Assembly: GCA_001662655.1 (NCBI GenBank) | Contig: KV460211.1 | Reading direction: 5' to 3' (one strand) | DNA from: Pseudogymnoascus verrucosus | Lineage: Eukaryota | Length of the DNA: 64,000 nucleotides | Shown: positions 1 to 14,425 of the stretch, piece by piece | Layout: every line of letters begins with the position of its first letter | Position numbering within the stretch: position 1 is the first letter of the stretch | The notes under the pieces: model-generated | Told to the model about the DNA's origin: nothing | Seen by the model: only the letters and a program-made list of their open reading frames with translations | Database searches by the model: none | Translations under genes and position numbers: made by a program

Positions 1-1698
1 GGAACACGTGCCAGCGCGGCGAGTAGTCGCGGGCGTAGTAAGGTGCGTAGGCGAGAGGTGGCTGGACGGGCTTGCTGGCCTCGGCGCCGGACTTGGAGTC
101 CTTCTTGTCGCGACCGAGAATGGCCTCGAGGTCGCCCTCATCGGGGTCGATGTCCTCGAGGTCGAGCTCGTTGACGGCGGGAACGCCGGCGCTGCCGGGG
201 GGTACGAAGCGGCCCTTAACGACGAGAGAGACGAGGGAGCCGGGTGTGATGTGCTTCTCGCCGACGACCTTGAAGAAGGCCTTGGAGACTTGGAGATGCG
301 GGAGTTGCAGGGCGACGTCCATGGCGGTCTTGAACTGGGCGTCTGAGAGGAGGCCGGCGCCGACGGTGAGTTTCGAGCGCTTGTTTTCGGGCATGGCCAT
401 GAATTGCTGGAGCGAGGTGTGGACTTTGGAGTCGCCGTCGATGGCCTTGACGACCTCGGGGGTGAAGTGTGGGAGTTGCAGAAGAGGCGATGCCTTTGGT
501 GGCAGAGCCTGGATAAGGCTTTGTGTAACGGCGTATGATTGGAGGATGGGGAGCGTTGCGCCAAATGCGAGAGAAATTGCTGTGAAGCTCTGGTTAAGGG
601 CGTGTGCGATTGGTGCAACCTCGAATTTCAGTTCGTCCAGGGCGTTATCATCCAGTTCGATGCGGCCAAGGTATGCCCAGATGAGAGCGAGTGTCTTTCT
701 CCTAACTCCACCCTCGAGATCTTCCAACTTCGTGCGGTCTTTAACAGTCAATCCAGCAGCAAAAGGTCCAAATTCTCCGTCGGCCAGGATTCTCGACTCG
801 AGTCTGCCGAGGCTGACTTCTGCCTTGTTACCCTTCAGTACTTTATTGAACTCGACTCCAGAGCTAAGAGCGTAGACGACGTCGCCCTCGGCCATATCCT
901 CCTCGTATTCCTTGAAAAGATTGTTTGCGCTCTCGATTAAAACCTTCTCTTTCGACAGAGCTTGGGTTCCGTACCACCACTTTCCAACGAGATATGGTAA
1001 TAAGACGCCCAAGAGGCCAGCGTAGATTATCAGGACGTATTTTCCATTGCCATCAGTAATAATAAATTGGGGTAGCGCAATGCCGATGCTAAAGCTTTGC
1101 TTTCCATCGGGATGGCCGAATTGTTGGTAGTTGTTGCGGATATCCTCGTCAGTGAGTGCCTTGTAAGCCTTTGTGAGGTCTACGAAGAAGTCATTGAGCA
1201 TCTCAATAGTCTCGTTCTTTGCTGGGTCTGGCTTGACCTTGTCGGGATGGTATTTAAGAGACATGCGCTTGTAATGTGACCTGATCTCCTTCTCGGTGGC
1301 GGATTCCGAGACGCCTAAAATATCATATGGATTCCAGATCTTTGTAATCGTCCTGGCGGTGACATGGATAAGGTATGCCATAAACCCAATCATTGCCCAT
1401 CCCAGAATAACGGTAACAATACGCTTCAGCTTCCTCTCTCGCCGTCTCTGCTTCTTGCGCTGTGCTTGTATGAGGTCGGCATGTTCGGGCTTGAAGTCGG
1501 ACAGGATTCGAGGGGCAGTGGCGCCAGGGTCAGAGCTGGGCTTAAGAACTGAATAAGTCAAGGGGATAGTGACTATTGCCGTGACGGTGAGGACAAAGAA
1601 GGGGAAGAATTGCCCCTACAAAATGTTAGCATAATTCAGGCGACGTCGCGCGAGAAGTGGCATACCTGTTCATCGTAACTATAATCTGTCCCCGACAT
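1..1698 (-). CDS. SEC63: Sec63 translocon J-domain subunit (3' end runs off window); exons 1698-1666, 1615-<1
   Basis: Manual translation: MSGTDYSYDEQ|GQFFPFFVLT…, J-domain with HPDK (YKRMSLKYHPDKVK), NYQQFGHPDGKQSFSIGIALP. Intron 1616-1665 GTATG..TAG. Not in the ORF track because it leaves the window. Confidence 0.95.
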
Positions 1699-2399
1699 TT
1701 TGTCTGGGCGTCTGGCAGAGCGCCGTCAATGTGTTGGTCTTGCGCGCAACCGTATACAGCTTATAGAAAGACAAATCAAACTCTTATAAGCTATTCTGAG
1801 AGCTTGGTGTCTAAGAGTTATTCGTTCTTTGCAAAAGGAGTGTTGGGGAATATGGAAGGCGAAAGTAGAAAGATCCCCCCCAGTTAACTGTTTTCTACCT
1901 TAATCGTCACACTTCAACCGTGTTCTGATCGATTTGACAAGGGGCTAAACATAACGCCACTAGTACATATATGGACTAGTGGCATGGCTTGTGGCCAACC
2001 GACCCGAAGTTTAAAAGTCTCAGCCTCGTCCGCAAGGTTGTATCGAGTCAGACAGGCACGATCAGGTCTTCAATTTCACCCGAACCGCGATAAAGTGAGA
2101 TATACGCGTTTTAAACCACCATTGCTTCATTTAAATAGCAAGCATAATTCAAATATGAAGTTCATCTGAAGTTCATATGAAGTTTCACGCGTTGTACTTG
2201 AGAACTGGGCGAAACAAGACAAGGCTGAAGAGTCCAACCAAACGCGGGCTGTCTATGCATGACTAATCAAGATCTCCTCCCCCAAACTTACTCGTACCTT
2301 GCCATCCAACAAGCGCTTAACAAACAGAGGTAAAGTCCGTAGTAAGGACGACAACACCACAACAGCACTCACGGAACACTTGATCGACGTGTTCACAAC
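1699..2399. promoter_or_regulatory. Divergent promoter shared by SEC63 and PAP1
   Basis: 700 bp between head-to-head ATGs. Contains ACGCGT (MCB-like) at ~2105 and ~2187, a 28-bp near-palindrome at 1956-1983 and tandem TGAAGTTCA units at ~2155-2187. Confidence 0.6.
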
Positions 2400-4543
<2,144 letters not shown>

Positions 4544-5879
4544 TCGTGAACGCCTCTCTCGATCACACAACCTATACGTTCGGGCGAAACAGCCTACACC
4601 AACCAACCCACTACTTTGTACACGGTGAACCGCCGACCTGATAACCCCAATCCCAGCAAGCGCGCCTTCCACAGCCCTAACCACGTCGAGCACCATCCCA
4701 TCCAAATCCAGCGCAGATTCACATATTCACAAAGGGCCAGATTTATTCGGCCACATCCAAATAATTATACTAACACCAGGAACTGACCTATCCACCCAGC
4801 GCTCCGCAAAACCACCCTCCTTGCTCCTCCCCCCGTTCATCTCGTAAGCGAAGTTCTCTTTCTTCGGGCGATGGTTGTTTGTGGGGCGGGCCGTACTGTA
4901 ATTGCGCAAGTCGCGTGCGGGGATGTACGAGCGGGCGGACACGAATAGATGGAGTAGGATAATGGGCGCAGATATGGGCAATGATGATGCCCTTTGCTGC
5001 CTGCGCGGGGGGTATGATGGCGCGGAGCAAGGAGATAGCCTGTATGTAGCTATAATACAATCTAATTTAGGGACCACGGGTCTCGATCCATCCATGTTCG
5101 TTCTATATATATGCGTGTCTTCTCACCCCTCTTCTATATACGGCTTGGGAGGGCGTGTAAATCCTCTGGGTACCTTTAGTAATGTTGCAACTCTTGCAAA
5201 CTCCTGCTGTTCAAAAGCTATGAACTGGCACTGACTAACTAGCAAACACAACAGTAGAGGAAAATTAAAGTAAATATATTTAACGTCCTCCCAAGTGTAG
5301 CGAAGAAGAAAGCATGGTAGGGTTCTCGCGACCTAGGATGGACGTATATACAAAGCAGTTGTCGTCCGTTATAAACTTTGGGATGATTGATTGGTGGAAA
5401 GTTCCGGATGGTATTGAGAAACGATGTAATCGTTGTTATACCTTGAGCAAAGCGAGAAGATGGATACAACGATTATATTGTTTGTCTATATTGTAGCTCT
5501 CTAAAATTATGGTGAAGTTATACCGAGGTCATGTGACCGTGTCTGTAAGCTTTTGCGCCCAAAATGACCAAAATGAAAATCACTTTTCCGGGGGGAACTG
5601 TCTGGCTCCCCGGTTGGTCAGAATAGTGGACTAGGTTACAGCCCAACGTCTCACTTTTAGCTAGGGCTGAAGAAGCCCAACTCTTCGGGGTTTTAGGGTT
5701 TCCCCTAGGTCTACAAATAGCGTACGTAGATTAGGTAGTAATTCACTTGATTATATTATTCTATTTACTGTATTCTACTGTTGAAGCCTCTGTCTCGCTG
5801 TCCATAGGAGCTTATTACGAGAACCGGAGATTATCACACGATTTTGTGTGTGTTTCCCCACATCCCGCAATTACTCTCA

Positions 5880-5928
5880 ACATACAACAGTTGGCTTGTT
5901 GGAATTGACTTAACTACCTATTCTACGG
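5880..5928 (-). pseudogene. Possible degenerate 3' half of a 5S rRNA gene
   Basis: Minus strand reads ccgtagaataggtagttaagt…ccaactgttgtatgt, resembling the recalled ascomycete 5S 3' half (cggtggattagtagttgggt…cactgttgtatgt) with G>A changes and a deletion. Preceded by TTACA. Confidence 0.35.
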
Positions 5929-6183
5929 TGTAAGAAAGCCCCTATTTGAACTACAATACTCGGGTAATCACTTAGCAATCCCACCATAGGTTTCGGGCTG
6001 TGGCGCCGTTCTCATATTTCCCAACATAGCTATACAAACAGATGACTATGCAAACAGATGACTAGCCTTGCACTGTCCCAATATATCTGCCTTGCGTTGT
6101 TTATGTTCAGCTACTACTATGGCTAGTTGAAGGCGACTTCCTCATGAGTTTCTCCTTCATCACCCCTCTTACATTATTCTCCG

Positions 6184-9100
6184 ATGGCCGAAGCTCTTGC
6201 CATCATTGGCGTTGTCTCCAGCATAGTCCAACTCCTCGACTTTGGTACAACAGTCTTGCATCGTCTCAAAGAGTACCAGGTCAGCCTGGGGGAAGTTCCG
6301 AAGTCATTTCGTCAAATTAGCAAGGAGCTACCACTGTTACTCCATACTCTCGAACAGATCCAAAAAGCGATAGATGCTGGTTCTGTTGGGACCGAGACGA
6401 AGAAGGCTCTCCTACCCGTTATTAAGGGCTCCCAGGAACAACTTGAACTACTCCAAAGTATCCTTGATAAAACGCTACCAAAAGCGGATGACTCGTCTCT
6501 TGAAAAGGGCAAGAAGGCGATATCGAGCTTGAGACAAGACGGAAAAGTCGACCGCATATTGAAGAATCTCCGAGGTTTTATCAGCTCTCTGACGTTTTAC
6601 TACTCCGCTGCGTCATCGACGTTGCAGCCGCTAAATGGTATCATTGTTTTAAAATTATGTGTAAATACTTTCATATTACTAACTTTTGAATTCAGAGGCG
6701 AAGCTCATAAAAATTCGTCAATGGCTATCTCCACCAGATCCATCCGTGATCTATCATAAATCGTGTAAACAACGAGAAGAGGACACCGGACTATGGTTTC
6801 TTAATGGCGAAGAATATACCAAATGGAAAACGGATGCCGCATCTATCATTTGGCTATATGGTATTGCTGGCTGCGGTAAAACCATTCTGAGCTCTACTAT
6901 CATCCAGGATGTGCTCCAGCACTGTGTCGGTGACCCTGGTAAGGTGGTTGCGTACTTCTACTTCGACTTTAACGACCCAAAAAAGCAATCCCCGGGGCTA
7001 ATGGTCCGATCACTCATTTGCCAACTTTCACAGAATTGTGCGAGGATACCTGCATGCCTCGACCTACTATTCTCCTCGTGCGACAATGGAAACCAAAACC
7101 CGTCATTAGATTCTCAATTAGATGCGCTACAGCAAATGATCCAGGAGTACCCACAATGCTACATTATCCTCGATGCCCTTGACGAGTGTGAAGATCGAGC
7201 TGAGTTGATGGATATCATCAATCAAATAACTGGTTGGCAGCTCGACAACCTCCACGTCTTGGTTACGAGTCGAGAGGAACGAGAAATTCAGAGCTCGCTA
7301 GAGAGTCTTGCACAGGAGCAAAACATCATTTGTCTTGAAAGCAGGCTAGTTGACGGTGATATACAGAAATACGTTCGTACGAGGCTACTGAATGATGCGG
7401 ATCTGAGAAAATGGCAAAAATCTTCAGATGTTCAGCATGAGATTAAGACAGCATTGATGAATGGGCCCCGTGGGATGTAAGCTTAATACCACCGCATCCC
7501 TACTGTCTGATATTGATTATTGCAACAGGTTTCGATGGGCTGCTTGTCAGTTAGATGCACTGGGAAAGTGTCGCAACCGCTTAGCGTTACGGAACTCTCT
7601 CAAGACCCTTCCACCAACGCTTGATGCGACATACGATCGGATCCTCTGCGCTATTAACGAGGAGGACTCTGAATACGCTGTTCGTATCTTGCGCTGGTTG
7701 GCATTCTCTTCAAGGCCACTTTTGCTAGAAGAGGTGTCTGAAGTCGTCGCTATTGATACTAACCGCGATCCAATGTTCAACCAGGATGAGGTGCTTGAGG
7801 ATCCATCAGATGTGTTGGATATATGTTCCAGCCTCATTACTATAACCACAACCACAACTGACAACATCAACCAAGATTTTCCCCGAGCTTCGAACTTCGG
7901 TTATGTGCCAAGTGGGAAGGTGGTTGGATTGGCCCATTATTCAGTAAAGGAATATCTGGTCTCTGATCGTAGCCGTCCACACCGAGCAGAAAAGTATCGC
8001 ATACAAGATGTTAGTTGCAACGCAATTCTTGCAATAAGCTGCCTTGGGTATCTTTTCCAATTTGATGAGTGTAATTTGTTCTCTTGTAAGGACGTCGAAG
8101 GCTCGAAGTTGGCTCAGTACGCTGCGGAGTTCTGGGTCACACATGTGCAAGCAGCAGGAGAAAGAGGGGTGGATTTAAACAGTAAGATTATGAGCTTATT
8201 TTCAAGGAAAAACGTTGCCTATCTCAATTCGGTTAAAATGTTCGATATAGAGTGCCCTCGCGCCGGGTCAGACTTTACAAGGGTGATAGAGGATGTTCAA
8301 ACTCCGCTATACATAGCATCATTATTTGGCTGGGTCGATATTGTCGAGCAGCTGCTTGGTGAAGGCGCCAACATTCACGCGCGGGGCGGATCCTACGGCA
8401 ACGCGCTCCAGGCGGCATCGTACAATGGCCATGAGAAGACTGTAAGGCTGTTACTCACTGCTGGTGCTGACGTTAACGAGCAAGGCGGATTATACGGCAA
8501 TGCGCTCGAGGCAGCATCATGTAGTGGCCATGAGGAGATCGTGTGCTTATTACTCACTGCAGGCGCTGACGTCAATGCACAAAGTGGACGCGATGACTAT
8601 GGCAACGCACTCCAGGCAGCATCATGTGGCGGCCATGAGAAGATTGTAGGGCTGCTACTCACTGCTGGTGCTGACGTTAACAAGCAAGCCGGATCCTACG
8701 GCAACGCACTCCAGGCAGCATCACATAACGGCCATGAAAAGACTGTACGGCTGCTACTCACTGCTGGTGCTAACGTTAACGAGCAAGGCGGATTCTGCGG
8801 TAACGCGCTCGAGGCAGCATCAGATAGAGGCCACGAGGAGATCGTACGCTTGCTACTCACTGCAGGCGCTGAGATCAATGCACAAAGTGGAGAATGCGAT
8901 AACTGTGGTAGCGCACTCCAGGCAGCATCATTTAATGGCCACAACGATGTTGTTAAGGTACTTCTAAGCAAGGGTGCTGATGTTAACGCTCAATGCGGAG
9001 ACTATAGCAGCGCACGCTATAGTACTGCACTCCAGGCAGCAACAAGTGAAGGCCATGATAATACTGTTAGACTGCTACTCACTGGAGGTGCTGATGTTAA

Positions 9101-9443
9101 CGCTGAAGGTAGATACTATAGTAATGCGCTCCAGCTAGCATCAGTTAGAGGCTATAGCAAGATCGCTGAGATGCTGCTAAGTAAGGATGCTAATGTTAAC
9201 GCACAAGGTGGATACCATGGCAACGCACTTCAGGCGGCATCATCTCATGGCCATTTGGAAATCGTCAAGATGCTGCTAAGCAATGGCGCTGACGTCAATG
9301 CGCAAGGCGCTCGAGACGGATACTTCAAGGCTGACGGTGCTCAAGGCGGACGCTACAAGAACGCACTCCAGGCCGCGTTGGATATAGGCCACCACGAGAT
9401 TGCTGAGCTTCTGCTATGCAACGGTGCTAGACAAGATATATAA
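6184..9443 (+). CDS. Fungal NLR-like STAND protein: SesA-like N-terminus, NACHT-type NTPase, ~11 ankyrin repeats; exons 6184-6637, 6696-7476, 7529-9443
   Basis: N-terminus MAEALAIIGVVSSIVQLLDFG, Walker A WLYGIAGCGKT, Walker B YIILDALDEC, GMFRWAACQL and AHYSVKEYL motifs, repeated GNALQAASxxGHxxIVxLLLxAGADVN. Both introns splice in frame. Confidence 0.92.
8300..9425 (+). repeat. Ankyrin repeat array with high DNA-level identity
   Basis: Recurrent ggcaacgcactccaggcagcatca and ctactcactgctggtgctgacgttaac units. GGATCCTACGGCAACGC occurs at 8388 and 8691. Confidence 0.9.
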
Positions 9444-10027
9444 TGTCAATTATACCATAAACCCGACCGGCCGCCTTCCTTCAAGTATTGCTCCATCGTG
9501 GGCATCACTGGGTATGGTAGTTTCCATCAAACTTGTCAAGTGCGGTAATCGGTGGAACCAGCATCGCGGATTCCGAAAGTTAAGAAATGGTCAGAAAATG
9601 GGTATCAGCAAGAGCCAGCATCAATGAATTGGATATTGACGCTCAGTTCAGGGGCTACTTACTACGATGGGGTGGATGTTATAGTCTCGCTATTCTTTTG
9701 GAATATTTCAAATATATTTCAAATCCTTCAAAAATAGGGGTAATTTCTTACTAAAAATATTAAAACAATATCTTCATAATGCGTATATATTTGACACCAC
9801 ATGATCATATTCCATATGAACATCTTATACATACATACATACATACAAAATCCCCCCCCCCTCTCATCATGTCAAATACAATAATCCGTCCCTCCCAAAC
9901 CCCAAAAATTGTTACAAATTCCCCCCTGCCTTCCCAAACACCCCCACCCCATCATCATCCATGCCATCGCCCCCAAAAAATGCTACCATCCAAAAATTGC
10001 ATCTCTCCACTCCCACCCTCAACCCCA

Positions 10028-13000
10028 TTACACCCCCCCATTATCAAACCCACCCATCCCCATCTCCCCCATCATCCCCCCCTCAAACCCTGTCCCACTT
10101 CCCCCCTCCAACCCCGTCCCTCCTCCATTCCCATTCCCATTTCCCCCTAGCCCCAATCCCAGTCCCAGAAACGCCTCCTCCCCTCCCCCCCCAACATCCG
10201 GGGGCGCCATGTTAAAAGGCATAAACCACGCGCTGGTCTGCTGATGCGCCATCCAGCCCTGCTGTCCTCCCATCCCCCCTCCCATTCCCTGACCACCACC
10301 ACCGCCGCCACCGACTTGACCGCCCTGACTCTGTTGGCCAGGAGTGGTCATCCCAGGATCCAACCCCTCCATCCCGACGGGCGACCACATCCCGGCGCCG
10401 GGGGAGGGCGATGGACCGCCTCGTTGTGCGGGGGCGTTGTAGGCGCTGAAGACGAGGTGGGCGTCGAGGTTGGGCATTATGTCGGGGGGGAACGGGGAGG
10501 GGTAGAAGGGGGTTGGGTTGTGGTTGAAGGCGGGGGAGGGGGTGTGTGGGTAGTTTTGCTGTTGTTGGGGGTGCGGTTGTGGTTGTTGGGGGTGGTGTTG
10601 TTGTTGCTGTTGCTGGGGATGTTGGGGTTGGTGATGTTGAGAGTGTGGAAGGAGGTGGGGGGAGTGGGAGAGGGCGTGGGGGGACATCGTTTGTTGTTGT
10701 TGTTGCTGGGCGAGTGCGGCGTGTTGTTGCGGGATGTGGAGGGGGTGTGGTTGTTGGCGGTGCGTAGGTAGTGGGCCTTGGTGGTGGGGATGTGATGAGA
10801 TTTGCTGCTGAGGTTGTTGTTGCGGCTGTGACGTCGCGGGTGGAGGTTGTTGTTGCTGCTGTTGCTGCTGCTGCGGCGTAGGCTTCTTCTTCCGTTTACT
10901 TTGTTTCGGCCCCTCCTGCACCGGCGTCGCAGCAGTCGGCGGAATACTATGCACGAACTCCTCCACCGTCCTCAACCCACCACCCTTGGGCTCTAACACC
11001 GCATCCTCCCCACTCTCCCCACTCGGCCTAGCCGCCTCCTCGAAATCCCCCTGCGACACACCGTGCGGGTACCGATCAAACCAATCGCCATACTGAGTAA
11101 CGACGTTCGCCTCACCCGCGACCCCCCCGCGCTTAGCCGCAAACGCACACGCCTTGAAGTGCTTCTTAAGCTGTTCCGAAGTCCAGTGAAAGACGCCCCA
11201 CCCGCGCTTCATCTTAGTGAGATAACGCACATTAGTAGCGAGATTCCGTTTCGCGAGACTGGCAACAGCTTCGTCCTTCGAAAACGCGAGAGGCATCTGC
11301 GCGGTACTAGAGAGGAACGCGCAGTACCCCGCGAACGGAGCGGTAAGCGGGTACGCCTCCGCGACGCGTAGGAGGGCGGAGATGCGCTGCGCAGCGCCCG
11401 TGGCGGCCGCGGCGGTGGATTCGATGAACTCCGCCGGTGGTGCGGGACGGGGCGGACCGGGGACGGAGCAGTGGACAGCGTTGTGTGCGAGGAGGAGGAT
11501 GGTTTGTTGGATTGTGATGTGGAGGAAGAGAAATTGATTGCCGAGGCCCTGTGTCTCGTGCGCGCTGAGGTTGGCGGGGGTGTATTGGAGGGGGTCGGGG
11601 AGAGAGCGCTCGAAGGCTTCGGATTGGATGCGGAGGTCGGCGAATTCGGAGTCCGAGGCCCAGATAGGGGCGGGGTCGCGGTCGCGGCCGCCTTGGAAGT
11701 AGTAGATTATTATGCGGCCCCAGAGCGCGATGGAGCGGATGGTGAAGGCGGCGACGCCCATGTTTTCGCGGGCGTTGGAGAGTTCGCCGTCGCCTCCGGC
11801 TGATGGGAAGGGTACATCGCCCTTCATATCCTCGGTCGGTCCTTCGATGTCCAGTTGGAACAAATCCTCCTTGATCGGTAACTGCACCATGATGGTCTCC
11901 TCCTTGATAAACATTGGCCTGTCCGTGCCGGACGAGTTAAACCGATCCATCAGGAAGCACGCCCACATCGTGCGGCGCCTGATCTCTCGATCAATGAAGC
12001 TCAGTCGCACGCGCGAATGCGGCTTGCACGGGTCATACTCTAGGTCGCGGTGCAGCTGCAGCGCATACGCCATGCGTATCGCCATCCCACCCAGCGCCCA
12101 GCTGCGGCCTCCGTAACAAGTCCCGAACTCGTGGAGCCCGAGGAGCAGGAGACACGTCAGGATTGTGATATTAGGCCACTCGTAGCGCTTTAGGACTATG
12201 TTGCGCGCTTCAGCCGCCCAGGATTCGCCTCGCAGGAATGCAGGGTGAGAATTGACTTTTGGATGTGTCGAGAATCTGGCCGAGACGGCGCAGACGGCCA
12301 GGATTAGGACTGGAGGGAGAGTGTTGGCTCTGTTTTTGTAAGAATCCGACCTGGATATGGGAGTTTGGGTAAAACTTACTTGAGCTTGCGCATATAGCTC
12401 GGTTTATGAAGAACATGATACGCCTGTCCATACAGATTATCAAAGAACACCTCCGCCAAATGCTCCTGTACCTCCTTCTCCGGCAGCGCCTCCGCGCCCT
12501 CCACCAACAACTTCGTCTCCTCCGCCTCATGCGCCGCCAGCGACGCCGGCAGCACCTCGGTCCCCGTCCCCTTTGCCGACGTAGCCCAAGCCTGCAACTC
12601 GGACCCAAACGCCTCCTCCGCGGGCCTCTTCTTCGAACTCGCCGGCTTCGCCTGCGCCGTCCCAGGAATGGCGGGCTTGACCTGTGCCCGCACGACTGAC
12701 GCGCACTCGTTCTCGTCTTTGGGTATAATCCGGATGATCCGCTCCTCCATGCGCTTCAGCCGCTTGTCCAGCATGGCCATGTAATCTGTGCGCGGCGCCG
12801 CCTTGCGCGTTGTGACTTTGTAGACGCAGGGGATGCGGCTGCGGAGACAGTGCTTGCATGCTGGCTTCTCGCCGGAGCACCGGATCTTCTTGCGTCGACA
12901 GGCTATACACGCCAGCGGTAGCCGTTTGCGCTCTTTCCCTGCCTTGGTCTTCAGCTCCGTCCACGCGGGCGTCTCGTTCTTATCTTCTTTGGGCTTGCCC

Positions 13001-13431
13001 AGGTCGGTGCCATCTCCGGCTCCCGTATCGTTGAGCCCGAACTCGTCGTAGGTGTCTGGCGCCGAGGTACCGCGCGCGCGGCTGCCCTCAGGGCTCTCGC
13101 CACCTGACATATCTTGACTGCCATTGTGGTCTGCCGATTCCTCCATCTTGGGAGTGGTATCCTCGTTATCGCGTGCCTCTTGTATTATTTCGTCTGTGCC
13201 GCTTCGTAGCGACGCTTGCATATCTTCGTCATCTTCCATCTTTGCCCCCACTGGCCCGTTGGTATCGAAGCCCGGTAGGTCGTGAAATGGATATGTCACA
13301 TCCATAAAGGGCCCGGTCCCCATCCCATTCATCTGTGGCTGCCCGTTCTCCATGGCTGCGGCGCTGCCAGCATTGGGCGTCGGCCGTCGAGAATTCTCGA
13401 GTCGAGACGGTGGCCCTGTTGGGGCGCACAT
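10028..13431 (-). CDS. Zn(II)2Cys6 transcription factor with fungal-specific TF domain and Gln/Pro/Gly-rich tail; exons 13431(or ~13353)-12380, 12329-10028
   Basis: RKRLPLACIACRRKKIRCSGEKPACKHCLRSRIPC zinc cluster and REIRRRTMWACFLMDR. Intron 12330-12379 GTAAGT..CAG joins in frame (RKLKANTLPP). Start codon uncertain. Confidence 0.92.
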
Positions 13432-14326
13432 AAACCCCGCGGTTATGGCTTTCGAAGTGTAGCTCGTTGTGGTGAGAATGTGTATATTTGTCGGGTGGCC
13501 GGCAGGTCGATTCCTGGTGGGGCGGCACTCGGTGCGGAACTATTCCAGCTTGATGACGCTCTGATGCCGTCGCGCTGTGTCTGGATCATGATAAATTTCG
13601 AAAAGTCATCGCCCAGGCATTGGCGCAGTCAAGGTCTTCTTGTCGAGGCGTCTGCAGTCGTCGCAATGGCTTGCGTTTGCCACTGGGGAATTGTTGGGAT
13701 TGGAAGGCGGGTTCGGATCAGAGCAAACGGTAGTGGAGAACAAACGACGTCGTTATGTACAGGGCGGCGCAACGATTGATTTCTCTCGCCCTTTCGCTCT
13801 CTGGGTCTCCCTGGGTATCTGGGTCTGTGGCTTTATCTCTTCGTCCCGTCGTCTCTCTTCTCTATCTCCCTATGTGGACACACAAGTCAGTCCTGGGTCA
13901 ACTTCCTACGCCGAAAAGCGATAGAGATCGGTCATCAATTGTTTAGCTTTGCATGGGCCGAGATCTTATAAATTGGGCAGTGGATAAATCGGGCGGGATG
14001 AATGGTTTTGCAAGGATATCCCCTCTCTCTCCTTCTAACCCCCCCGTTCGATAGGTGCGGGTCATACATACCGGCGGTAGCAGCGTAGAATAGGGCCGTA
14101 GGGGACAGGCCTGTACGGATCTGGTAACAGACCCGTGGCGGTGCGGTGGTTTTAGTGGTTTTAGTGGGTTGGAGTAAGTACTTTAAATACTGTACCGGGT
14201 ATAGGGTATATGTATGTATACGTAAGTGTGTACAAGGCCGAATGGGAATGAAGCTGGAGTTGAAATTGGAGATAAAGAAGAAGAAGGAGGAGGTAGATTT
14301 GTATAATATATGTTCGGAATATACCG

Positions 14327-14425
14327 TGTAGTAGTAGTAGTAGTAGTAGTAGTTGGCTACTTACTATAGTAATAGTAGTAATAGTAGTAGTAGAGTAATA
14401 TAGTAGGAGAGTAGGTGGTAGTAGA
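14327..14425. repeat. (TAG)n/(CTA)n microsatellite cluster
   Basis: gtagtagtagtagtagtagtagtagt followed by degenerate tagtaa/tagtag runs. Confidence 0.85.

Noticed and set aside
8..1556. Plus-strand ORFs (267, 133, 112 aa)
   Set aside because: Antisense shadows of SEC63.
6035..6064. Small direct repeats (caaacagatgacta x2; also ~29778-29820 and ~30171-30207)
   Set aside because: Consistent with ordinary slippage duplications. They do not flank an identifiable insertion.
9779..11803. Pro-rich and Val/Gly-rich plus-strand ORFs
   Set aside because: Antisense to the low-complexity tail of the Zn2Cys6 gene.
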